Source: the human T2T-CHM13v2.0 reference genome, Homo sapiens. From it: a DNA stretch of 64,000 bases. The stretch lies in assembly GCF_009914755.1 (NCBI RefSeq), contig NC_060933.1; one strand, 5' to 3'. Numbering within the stretch: position 1 is the stretch's first letter; each line of letters begins with the position of its first letter. A program made the position numbers and the translations under genes. Below, piece after piece: positions 1 through 16,210 of this stretch. Under the pieces are notes generated by a model. That model made no database searches. It saw only the letters and a program-made list of their open reading frames with translations, and was not told the DNA's origin.

Positions 1-515
1 TGAATTCCATGGCAAGGGCCAGGAGGCACCGTGCATCACTGGGACAAATATCTGGTTGCTGTGAGCTGCCGTGGAAGCGTTGGGTGGCCTTGACCTTATC
101 TTTCCTGGCCCAGTCCAACTATGAGAGTTTTCTATTTCATGGACTCCACGGACAGGAAGAGATGCAACAGGCCATTGAATCCAGGCCCCCCACCTGAGGC
201 ACACCCTGCCCCCCACGGGCCTTCCCTGCAGTTGGCCGCCTGCTTGGCCGCCCAGCCCCTGTGAATGTGGGAAAGCTCTTCTCTGTGCTGACCTGAGAGC
301 TGTCCCCATGCCTTCCCCCTTGCAGCTTAGGCTCTGCTGGGGGGCCCCTCAGCCCTTCACCTGTCACCTGCTGTCTCGGGACAGTTCTGAGACCACCCCT
401 GCCTGACCCTGCCTCCCCTCAGCCAGCCCCGGGCAGCCTGAGGCCAGGGCCATCAGAGGCCAGGATTCCCAGCTGGGAGGGGCGGGGACAGGTGTGCGGC
501 TCCTGCTTCTCCTGA

Positions 516-767
<252 letters not shown>

Positions 768-1590
768 TGAGGGCGTTTCCTGCGATACCAGGCCCGAGCG
801 GGCAGATAGCTTGCTCTGGCACAGGCACTGCCCCTCCCTCCTGCTGTGAACCCCTTGGCGGGGGACCCTAGGAGGGCAAAGACCGCGGTGTGGAGACTGT
901 GGGTGTGGGGAAGTGCATCCAAGGCCCTGGGTTCTCCAGCCCTGCCACAACCTTGCTCTGTGACCTCCAGCAAGACCCTGCCCCTTCTGGGCGTGTGCGT
1001 AGTATGAGGGAGGACCTAGCTCAGTGCCAAGCCCCAGCAGGATGTCTTTCCTCAACCGCAGCCACGGGTCTCAGCCCATGGAAGAATAAACCTCCCCCTG
1101 TGAGGCTGTTGTGACAGTTTTGAGAAAAGGTTCAGACTCAGAGGCTGCCAGATGGGAAGGGACCCTTGTGAGTCAGTGCTGAGCCGCCCCACGTCCTGGC
1201 CTTGGCCTGGAAGCTTTGTGGTGTCCTGCTTGCAGGAGAGGGTAGAGAGGGTCACGTCCCAGCCACCTTCTTGGCACTCTCAGAGGTGTCCATGGGGGAG
1301 GCCCCAGCGTGGCTAAAGAAGACCGGAGGCCTCGCTGGGTGGACAGTCCAGTGGGTAAGAGCGGGGCCTTGGTGGCAGAGGCCCTGAGGTGAACCCGGCT
1401 CTGCCTGTGACTGAGCCAGGCCACTTAACCTCCCTGAACTGCAGTGTCTGAGGCTGTCAAAGGGGATTATTCAGAGTTTTAACTGAAGAACAGAGATGTC
1501 AGCCTCTTATTCTAAGAAAACAATAATAAGCGGTGTCCCCATGATAGTCCCCAGTGCTGTGGCTTTGAGTTCCTCGAGGAAAGATACTAA

Positions 1591-1686
<96 letters not shown>

Positions 1687-2175
1687 TAACTGCAGCTTGG
1701 GATCTGGAGGGGGCCTAGAGAGAGGGGTGGCTATGAGAGAAAGAAGAGCTGTTGATTTGTTTTTACTGCATATCCCTCGGCCATTCAGGGAGAATGTGAG
1801 GTGGCTGATGATAGAATCTGTCCACATGTGCACAGGTCAGTTACAATAAACCCCAGCAGTCAGAAACAGTGGGTAACTTCTGTGTAGGTGGCACCCTTTC
1901 ACATTCATTATCTTTTTTGATCCCCACAACAATACCTTGAAGTAGCAAAGGCAGGTGTTATTCTTTCTGTTTCAGATGAGGAAATTCAGAAAGGTTAAGT
2001 TACTTGTTCAGTCCCTGAACCCTGATCTTCCATCTTCATATCCTTCCAAAGTGGGAGATAATCTAAATAGGAATGAGGACTGCCCGTTTTTGAGTGCTCA
2101 TTTATAGTTCTGAGCTTCCTGGCAGGCAGATCAAAGAGGGAGCAAAGTAACTCCATGGAAATGTCCCAGCAGTAG

Positions 2176-2346
<171 letters not shown>

Positions 2347-2358
2347 TAAGTGAACGCA

Positions 2359-2709
<351 letters not shown>

Positions 2710-3246
2710 TCACTGTGCCAGTCCAGCCCACGCATAGTCCCTGACCCCAGGTGTGCCCCATTGAGTGAGGACTCAGCTAAAATAAAGCACAAAGCAGAGC
2801 TGCAATAAGGGCAGAAAGGGAAGTGGTGAGAGAAGAGGATGAGGGAGGACAAACAAGTTCTGCTGGTGGGTGAGGGCTGGCAGGGAGAGTGTGGATCAGG
2901 GAGGGCTTCACAGAATAAGTAGCAGGTGGGCGTCCGCTTGAGTCCTGAAAGCTGCAGGTCCACCATCCCTTAGATCCCAAAATCTAAAAAGCTCGGACAG
3001 CTGAAAGTTCTTTCATACTAACAGGAGACTATTTAAGGCTTTTATTTCTCCCATTTAATGTGACTTTCCTAAGTTTTGCTGCAGATGTAACACTTTTAAA
3101 ACAGGCTGCTGCCCAGACACTGCAGAGGGTGATGTGTGGAATCTACCACGTGCGCCATGCTGCCTTTCTAAAGGCCAAACAGTTTTAAAATCTAGCCTGA
3201 AGGTTTCAGATCAGGGATTTCGGCCTGTATATCAAGAGTTAGAGTT

Positions 3247-3550
<304 letters not shown>

Positions 3551-4066
3551 GTTGGGGGAAGCATTCCATGTGCAGATGGAGGGACTGGCCCGAGTCAAGG
3601 TGGGAGGCGTGCAAACGCAGGCTCTCACAGTGCGTGGCCAGCAGCGTGGGCCCCGGCACGGGGCATGGAGCAGAGTAGACAGTGCTGAGTCCTGCTCACT
3701 GTCCTGTCTGGGGAGTCATCACATCTACTGGAGGTGGCTCAGGGCAGGCTCCATCTCTTGCCCAGGGCAGCAGGGTGGGCCCTGTGGCTGTACTCTTTGT
3801 TGCTGCCCTAAAGTGCCAAGAGAACTTGTTTTGGAATCATAAATCCTGAGTTTGCAGCCTGTTGCTCTCAACTCTTCCCTGGTTGTGTGACCTCAGGCAA
3901 GTCACCCTTTCTGGTTTGTTTTCCCATCTGCAAAACAGGATGAGAGCCAGTAAGGCCCCTTCCCGCCCTCAAGTTCTATGTCTCTGGTGGCTTTAAAGGT
4001 GGAGTCGTTTCTGCTGCTCATCTGCAGTGCCGAGTGGCAGTGCCTCATCCCACTCTCAGTCCGTGA

Positions 4067-4438
<372 letters not shown>

Positions 4439-5424
4439 TAAACCAAAGCAGGATTCCTTAAGAACTCACCAGGTGATAAAAGCAAGTTGCCTAAGGGTCA
4501 GGGGGCTTCATGATTCCGGCTCCATAAAGAACAGATGAAGACTACAAATGTGTTGGGGCCGTTAGGAGTGGTTACCGTGAGAGAGCCCATTCCCCCGACA
4601 CCTACTCCGGCTTGCGTTCTGGAAGGTATGTGACTCACAAAGCCCTAACTCGGGCCGGAGGGCTCAGTGGGCAGAGTTGATCTGCAGTTCTGCAGATGAG
4701 GCAGAGACACTTTTCTTCCAGTGGCCCTTATTTGGAGAAGCCTGGCAGAAGGGCGTGAGCCTAGCCAAGCAGCTATCTATTGGTGGTTCTCTGTCATCCT
4801 GCCTGGTGCAGGGGTGCGGGTGAGGGTGGAGAGTGTGGAGAACCTGTCTAGCCAACGAACAGCCCTGCCTCTCACTAGAGAGTTGCTTGGAGGAACCCAA
4901 CAGCTTTGGGGCACGTTCTGAGCCTGAAAATCCAACTGTACAAATCTGTCTCAGCAGCAGCTTACATGAAAATTGTAAGTTTGGGGTGAGCTGGCAGTTT
5001 GGCAGTGCCACCAAAAAGTCAAATGGGGTCTGAGACTGCATTCACAGAAGCAGAGGGTCCAGGACAAAGGAGGGGACTGCTTGACCAGGTGTCTCCTTTG
5101 TGAAAACCTCTCCAGTTCTCAGAGGTTAGGAAAAACCTGAGTGGCTTTCCAGATGGCTTGGACCATGTGAGGACAGCATCAGCCAGTCACAGCCTCAGGG
5201 GAGCTGAGGTGCTGTCTCCAGATCCCTGGGGCAGTGTGGGCTGGCTGGGGGCTAGTTACAGTGGGGCAGCCAGCCCCCCACCCGCTTTGGAGGAGACAGG
5301 AGCAGGCAACTCGGGCTGTGCTGATGAAAAGGGTCTGCCCTGAGGGCCGCTGTTCCGGAAATGCTGGGTGGTGTCCCTACCCTTTGCGGGACTGGGAACG
5401 AGACATGGACTCTCCTTGCTCTAG

Positions 5425-5529
5425 GCCAGGCCATTGCTCGGCGTCTGAAACCATTCGGTGTCCAGAGATTTCTGTACACAGGGCGCCAGCCCAGGCCTGA
5501 GGAAGCAGCGGAATTCCAGGCAGAGTTTG
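5425..5529 (+). CDS. GRHPR: GRHPR coding exon 6
   Basis: AG 5423-5424, GTAAGT at 5530. 105 nt, [34 protein letters not shown]. Confidence 0.97.
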
Positions 5530-6163
5530 GTAAGTGAAGCCTTGATTTCCACAGGAGCCTATCTGTGCCCAGTTGAGAGGCTGTATTTTCTCTCAATGGT
5601 GGCATTTTCAGGCAGAGGGCAGGAGCTCCAGGCATGTCCAGGGGCTGCTGTCTGGTAGATGTTTAATCTACCTGCCCCTGGACACTGGCCCACTCAGGGA
5701 GCACAGGGACTTACCCAGGTCCTCTCCGAGCCAGCAGAGCAGTCCAGGGCTCCCGTCTTTCAGAGTCCTTTGTTACCATTCCCCATTGTGGGCGGAGCAG
5801 CGGGGATGGTGGTGGGTGTGAGGAAGGGCTGGGCACTTTCACTGTCTTTTCCTTCATAAACTGGCAAGCACTACCCTAGCCTTTGTGTGCGCCCCTTAGT
5901 CCAGGCGGATCCAGCACCTGGCGGGTCCACAGCCTGGTGAGCAGATGGCAGGCTGGATCTCAAGCATTCCCCACGCCCCTGGGCACTTTGGGCCCTGAAG
6001 GTAGTTAAAGCCAGAGTGGTCCAGATCCCACTGTGTGTGATTTGACTTTGTGCACTCATGAGAGTTGTCCAGGTAGAGACTCGGCCTTCAGGAAGCATCT
6101 TGGGAGTTTCTGTTAGGGAGTCGGGAGCAAGGGGCTGGTCTCCCGCCATCTGGTTGTCCCTAG

Positions 6164-6790
<627 letters not shown>

Positions 6791-7700
6791 TAGCTCCTCA
6801 CACTGTCCCTAGGGGTGCCTTCAGGCCACTGGGCATGTATGGAGGTCAGACCTTCCTTCTCTGCCACTCCAAGCCCTTCCTAGCTGGTGCCCCTTGAGCC
6901 TGTTTACATCAGTTTAGGGGAAGGGGGATTGGGTGAGGTCATCCTGAGGACTCGTCCACCCCAAAGGTACCTGTAATTACCAACATTTAGCTACAAAACA
7001 GGTGACCTGGGAATGGAAGAGTGAAACATGCAGGACCACAGGGCTCGCACTGCTGGCTGGCAGCAGTCACAGCTGCCGTGTACTGGGTGCCTGCATGTAC
7101 CCAGGACAGCCCAGGACCGTGTATTACTCATTAGTGCACAAGTATTACTTAGTGCACAATATACAGTCTCTAGAAGATGACTTCTTGCCTTCAGTCGCCG
7201 CTCCCTTTGATGGCTGTGGTTAGGGGTGTGCTCGTTCCTCTGCCCTGGTTTAGACAGGTACCTGATAGCACACTGTGGTGCTTCTCAGTGGGGGTCTGGG
7301 GGTCAACCAGATCAGAAACACTTGGATGGGGCCTAACACAGATGCCCTTCTGGGCCCTGTTCATGCAGTAGAGCATGTAAGAAAGCTTTAATCCTCCCAA
7401 CATGCCTGGGAGTTAGGTGGTATTCTCCTTATCTCACAGAGTAGATAATTTGAGACACAGATAATTCGAGGCACAGAGAATTTGAGACACTTGCCCAAGG
7501 TCACACAGCTAGAAGGAGGCAGGGCTGGAGTTCTCTGAGTATATAAGACTTGCAGACATACTGTAAGTATACCTAAGACTTACTGCTTTAAAAGTCAGTG
7601 CCAAGTGAGTGGAAAAATTCATTCTGTAGGTTGTTCTGCCTCAAAGGTGGCCTGGGCGGAGGGATCTTCGGGGTACCCATGTCACCACTGTCATTCCCAG

Positions 7701-7831
7701 GGGCGACGTCGTAAACCAGGACGACCTGTACCAGGCCTTGGCCAGTGGTAAGATTGCAGCTGCTGGACTGGATGTGACGAGCCCAGAACCACTGCCTACA
7801 AACCACCCTCTCCTGACCCTGAAGAACTGTG
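7701..7831 (+). CDS. GRHPR: GRHPR coding exon 8
   Basis: AG 7699-7700, GTAAGA at 7832. 131 nt, [43 protein letters not shown]. Confidence 0.97.
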
Positions 7832-8089
7832 GTAAGAACTGCACTTTCTGATGCAAACTCCCTGCTGCCCTGCAGGACCAGTGTTTTTGAGGGGGTCCCA
7901 AGGGGCCGGGTGTGGAGCTAGTGTGAGCAGGTGTTGAACCCAAAGGGACACACCAGGGACCGTAAATGTTTATGTTGTCAGTGACATGGGTGTATGACAG
8001 GAGCAGTCCTCTTGCGCATGCTCTGCTGGGTCTCTGTCCCTAAAGGAACAGAATGTAGGTGTGAGTGGATTTGTTTAAAAAAAAAGAGT

Positions 8090-9400
<1,311 letters not shown>

Positions 9401-10659
9401 TTGGGTTTTTGTTACCTGCTCAGTGAGTTAACAACTTGATGCGTAGTTAATGATTCTTTATATTAAGATCTGTTCAGGTAGCTGGTGGAGTTTATGCCTC
9501 CAGACTAAGAGTGATCAGGGCCTTAGGTTGTCCGGGCCAGTCTCTGCCCTTAATTTGGATTCTGGAATGGAAACCTAAACAAAAGGTCTTCAGCTGCCTT
9601 CCCCAGTGAATGCTCCCATTATTGCAGCCCTTGGAAACTCTCCCGTCCCTCCCCCACCCCAGCCTGCAAGGAGCACTGGGTGTGATGTCAGGGCTGTCGC
9701 CCACAGCCAGGAAAACTGCCCTCCCACCCCCACCCTAGGTCCTGGAATTCAGCTCACGGCCTGGGGACTGCTTCAAAAGGCAGGTCTTGGTCTGAGGAGA
9801 GGGCAGTCAGGGCATGAAGCTGCAGCCGCCACCGCTGCTTCTACAAAATCTAAGCACTGGGCTGCAGCCATGTCCTACTGCCAGCAGGAAGGGAAGGATG
9901 CAATCATTTGTGATGTAAAAAGACCATGCAGCTCCAAGCAACACAGCTGATGACCCCAGTGATCCCTATGGGGGGAGCACGGATTGAGGCTGCCAAATGG
10001 AGACATTAACTGGAACTGCCTGTGCCTTGGGGGAAGGGCCAGCGGCCCCTGTGGGGAACAATTCAAGCTGGACTTTTCCTGCTTCCACTATAGTATGGAG
10101 AATGTCAAGGGGTCAGACTGTGTAGACCAATTGGGGCCATGCAGGAATGCATGCAGAAATACCCAGATCTTTGTCCCCAAGAAGGTGAGGCAGAGGTAGA
10201 GGAAAAGCCCGCAGAACATGTAGAAGTAGCAGCTCCCACTGAGGCCACTGCAACCAAAGAGGAGGAGGGGTCAAGTTAATGAAGGCCATAGGACTCCAGT
10301 CCTTCCACCCCTTCAGAGTGACACGGACCTTTTGCAAAATGCCATTTAGTCACCCTCCAACAAAGTGTCTTTCCCTCTGTTGTCCTGTAAACTGTAATGT
10401 ACGAAATAACATATTTTGATGATCGGGGTCTTGGCCTCTTGACATATACGCTAAAAAAATGGGGGTTGTTTTATATGTGTCCTGTGTAAACCTGTCGGCA
10501 AATATAGCCACCACTTTTGAATTCTCCTAGATGGCCCTGAATTTTGCCACTTTGAAATAATGTGCTACTCAATCTCAGCAACCAAAAACCATTATCCAGG
10601 AATGTTTCTTGTGAGTGAGCGGATTTATTCTGATTCCTTATATGTCTGAAACGTTGGGG

Positions 10660-12129
<1,470 letters not shown>

Positions 12130-12310
12130 TGACTGGGTTTTAGTAGCCTGGAGGCCCTTCACTCTGTTAGTCTGAACCTCAGCTCTGGGGGAGTGTCAAG
12201 CTTAGTGAAGGTGGGAGAGAAGGCAAAGCATGGAACCATGAGGTAGTCTCTCTTTATTCTTCTTACCGGCAAACCCAAGCCATGAAAACAGCCCAGCTGA
12301 AGGCTGCTGA

Positions 12311-12475
<165 letters not shown>

Positions 12476-12664
12476 CCAAACAGTAGAGATGGAGGGCCGG
12501 GAAGCAAACCGTGCCCTGGTATTGTCAGACACACCCAGGCTTGATTTGGATCCACAGGCAGAGCCAAGGGAAGGTGTGATTCTCTGAGGAAAGAGTGATT
12601 CTGATATATGTACTTGTCACGTTGGTGTTGGACACATTTGCGCCAAAAGTATGGTAATTCTATT

Positions 12665-12670
12665 ATTAAA
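12665..12670 (+). terminator. GRHPR: GRHPR polyadenylation signal (ATTAAA)
   Basis: ATTAAA ~190 nt after the stop codon; the first A(A/T)TAAA hexamer I can see in the 3'UTR. Confidence 0.75.
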
Positions 12671-12725
12671 TAATTCTCTGAGAGACCGTCTTGGCCTGTA
12701 AATGGGGAAGCTAACAAGTGGATAT

Positions 12726-12960
12726 GGCTGGGCATGGTGACGCACCCCTATAGTCCCAGCAACTCAGGAGGCTGAGCGGGAAGGATCCTTTGAGGCCAGT
12801 TCAAGGCTGCAGTGTGCTATAACCACTCTTTTTAAATCGCCACTACACTTAACCTGGGCAATGTAGCAAGATACCGTTTCCTGCAGTGTGCTATGATCAC
12901 TCTTTAAATCACCACTACACTTAACCTGGGCAATGTAGCAAGACACCGTTTCAAAAAAAA
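12726..12960 (+). mobile_element. FAM-type Alu monomer with internal ~73-bp tandem duplication
   Basis: FAM-like GGCTGCAGTGTGCTAT(G/A)A..CACT...GCCACTACAC; copies at 12807-12880 and 12881-12952. Confidence 0.75.
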
Positions 12961-13820
12961 CTTTAAAAATACAAAGAGCATGTTTCAAAGTCACAGCATC
13001 CAATGATCTGCCTGGCTCTGCTTCCCACCCCAGCCCTCAGCCCTGGGCATTTTCCTTATTGGAACGTGTCCAAACCACCTTACCCCTCATCTTCTCTGCC
13101 CAGATTCCTTCACTTGTCCCTCACCAAGGACGGGACAAACAGAACCCAGTTGTGACCATGGCACTTGAATCTTGATACCTAGACCATCAGGAAAATTAAG
13201 GAGCACTTCCAGAAAAGGAGTTAACTGGAAGAAATGAGAACTAGGTAAGGACGTAACTCTTATTTTGGTCAGAACGATTAGAGGTAGGTGGGTTTAATTT
13301 TAAAATTAGTTTCAGCACCTACACATATTGTTCCCTTTGCCCATTCTGTCCCCCCAGCCCCTCCCTGCCCCCAGGTGGATTTTTTTTTTTTTAAATCACC
13401 ACCTTACCCACTTCTCTCCAAGGTCAGGCCACAGCACTGCCATTGCCAATGCCTTGCTCTGTGCTCAAGGAATCAGCTTCCAGCTCTTCCCAGCAGCCAA
13501 GCCAAACTGGCAGATGGAGTTTCCAACTTGGGAGGCAGGTCCAGGGAGCAGCACAAGATTACGCAGGCCCTCAGAGAGCAACTGGGTAGACTGAAAAGCA
13601 AAATCTCATGCATGTGCGTAGCTCAAAGACAGAAAAGGCGGGGGAAGGCAGAAGGGAATGATTTGAGAGGAACGACCAATTAACTGTTAATAGAAGGTTT
13701 GGTTTAAAACAAAGTACTAGTCAAAGAAGGGCTGGCAAAGAGATATTACCCTCTTTGGTTTCAACCTTAATAACGTAAAGAAAAAGAACACATATTTAGA
13801 GGCATGAATATGACAAATTT

Positions 13821-13826
13821 TTTATT
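13821..13826 (-). terminator. ZBTB5: ZBTB5 polyadenylation signal (AATAAA on minus strand); 3'UTR ~13800-16210
   Basis: TTTATT on plus at 13821-13826, followed on the minus strand by U/GU-rich sequence (tgtgttctttttc). Confidence 0.8.
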
Positions 13827-16210
13827 TCAAAAATCTCAAGTTGTAACCAGCATAGCACCACTGACATGGATGCCTTGATAGAACTCCTTGATAGAACTTT
13901 ATGATCTGTTCACCAGAAAAGATTCTACATGATCACGCCAGACTATAATTAAGGCTAACCAATCAAAATTCAGGTACCCAAAACCAGTTATAATCCAGGT
14001 AGAAACTACAGATCATAGGAACCCTGGGACTGGTTTTCCAGGGAACCCTGGAATTATTTTTTAAGTGCTACAGCATGTACAAGGACACTGGCCCACAAGC
14101 TTGCTTCTCACACGTAGAAACTGACAGACTAAGAGGTAGATGAGAGATTCCAGGTTCCATCTAGCAGTGGAGAGGCAGGGCTCCAGCATGTATCAGAGAT
14201 AAGCCCCAAAAGCAAAGTCCACTTATGCTTCAGCAGAGGTAAGCGGGCAGGCTCCTGGCACCACCTCCTCCAAATGGAAGGGAAGGAGGGCTGCACCGCT
14301 CTGCCTGTGTCACTGGCTCCTCTCCCTGGGTCCAGGCAGGGCCTCTCATTTTCTCCAGGCTAACCCACTGTGTCCCAAGGTTAATCTCACAAGACACTGG
14401 TCCCTACATCATGTAAAGGGTGGATGGGGAGCCTCCTAACACCATGTCAACATGACTGCTAACAAGGAGCCACACACACAACTGAATTTCACAGGACCTC
14501 ATATCCTCCAATGGGCTCTTTCCCACATCTACTCGAAAGGAATCGTGGGTTTCCCTTTGGGCTTTTCTTCCTGGGAATCAGTCCATGGGAGATGCCAAGC
14601 GCCCCTGGAACATGAAATTATCCACACATGTGTAACTGCACACTCTAGATTAACAGGAGAGAAAACACGCTCATTTTTGTTTCCAGCTACACATACTTAG
14701 CTTTCTAAACACAAAAACTGAATAATTTATCTGATTTATGCATGATGGTTTGGTATGTCTAAGAAAGCTATATAAAACATAAAATGAACTCATGTTCATG
14801 CATGAATTAAACTGACTTCATGAGTTCTAGGGAGACGCATTAACCTGTGCTGTTCCCCTGGACGCACACTTGGCCTCATACAGGTGCCACTAACAGCCCT
14901 GATGGCAGTGTCAGAGGACAGCAAGGTGAGGCTGGGGAAGTGAGGCTGTAGGGCCCAGAGAGGCCCTAGTGCCTCCAACAGTCTCAGATGCTACTTGATT
15001 ACTTCTATGCTATGGGCTGCTAACTCTTACATAGCCTAGAAAATATGTACCCATGAACACTACCATGTTTGGATTTCAAACAACTTTAAACATTTGGTAT
15101 CAGATTGGGGGAGCAACAAATAATAAAATTTAGGGTCTGTACTGTTAAAAGTATAGTATATAACAGTAATAAAACCTGTGTGGGGCATTTTTGGTTAATC
15201 TGTCGTCGAAAACGGTAATCTAAACCTGGGAGAGTTGCTATATGGGGAGGGGAGAGTGAAGAAATGGAGAACAGGCTTGTCCTCGGGTAGGATGTGTCAG
15301 CCTAGACTGGCCCTCAACATCTGGACGGAGCAACAGGTAAATGTGCCATGGAAGACCCCACAAAACATGACTCCACATCAGCAGAACAAAGACAAACACA
15401 AGTCTTTTCTGACTTCCTAACATGGAACTGTAACATCTGTAATACAAGTTGGTTAAAATACTGCTCAAACAGCACATAGGGAAACAATACCTTGTCACTC
15501 TCTACAAGTACACACTCCATTTACAATTTGGTTTTTAAACCAGAAAAAACTGTTAAAACATCTATCCAACAGTGATGTATTCAAAAGTATATACATCTAA
15601 TAGTCCAAGAGAATGCTCACTCTGGACCCAGTGTCAGCACCAAAGTGCAGTGTTTATGACTGCAAATCAGGTAAAAATAAAAAATACAGTACTTTGAGGC
15701 CTAGGACTAGCTCATGATACACTTTAAAGCATTTGTGGCAGACAGGTGTGTCCTCAAAGGCCTTCCTTTAAGACAGGCACCAAATCACCACTGGTTACAC
15801 ATAAGTGCATTTTGCATCACTATACAGGGATATAATACTCCCATCAGAAGGTATAGGAAATTTAAATGCTACACAGTTTTACAAAAATTGCTAAAAAATT
15901 TTTTTTGCACTTCAATTTTTAAATTTTTAAATGTGCCACTTTTAATATCAATTACAAACTACTTTCTGACTGCATTACTCAACCCCAAGGAAGCACCTGG
16001 TTTCAGGGATTGCATCCCTTTCCCAAGACGTGCACTTCACTCAGAAATGCAGCAGCACAAATACTACATGTTAGTTCTCCGGTTATTAGTTGCTAAACTG
16101 TTTAAGAGCCACTGGGCAGCTGGAAGCCTCGAACCCAAAGGCATTAACTGCTTACCAAAAGAAATTCAGTCTGACAACTGGCCTCAGCGTTGTCTTGTAA
16201 GGACAAACAG

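Noticed and set aside
14036-14053. Inverted repeat TTCCAGGG-AA-CCCTGGAA in the ZBTB5 3'UTR
   Set aside because: An 8-bp stem is within chance expectation in 64 kb, and no known element type matches.
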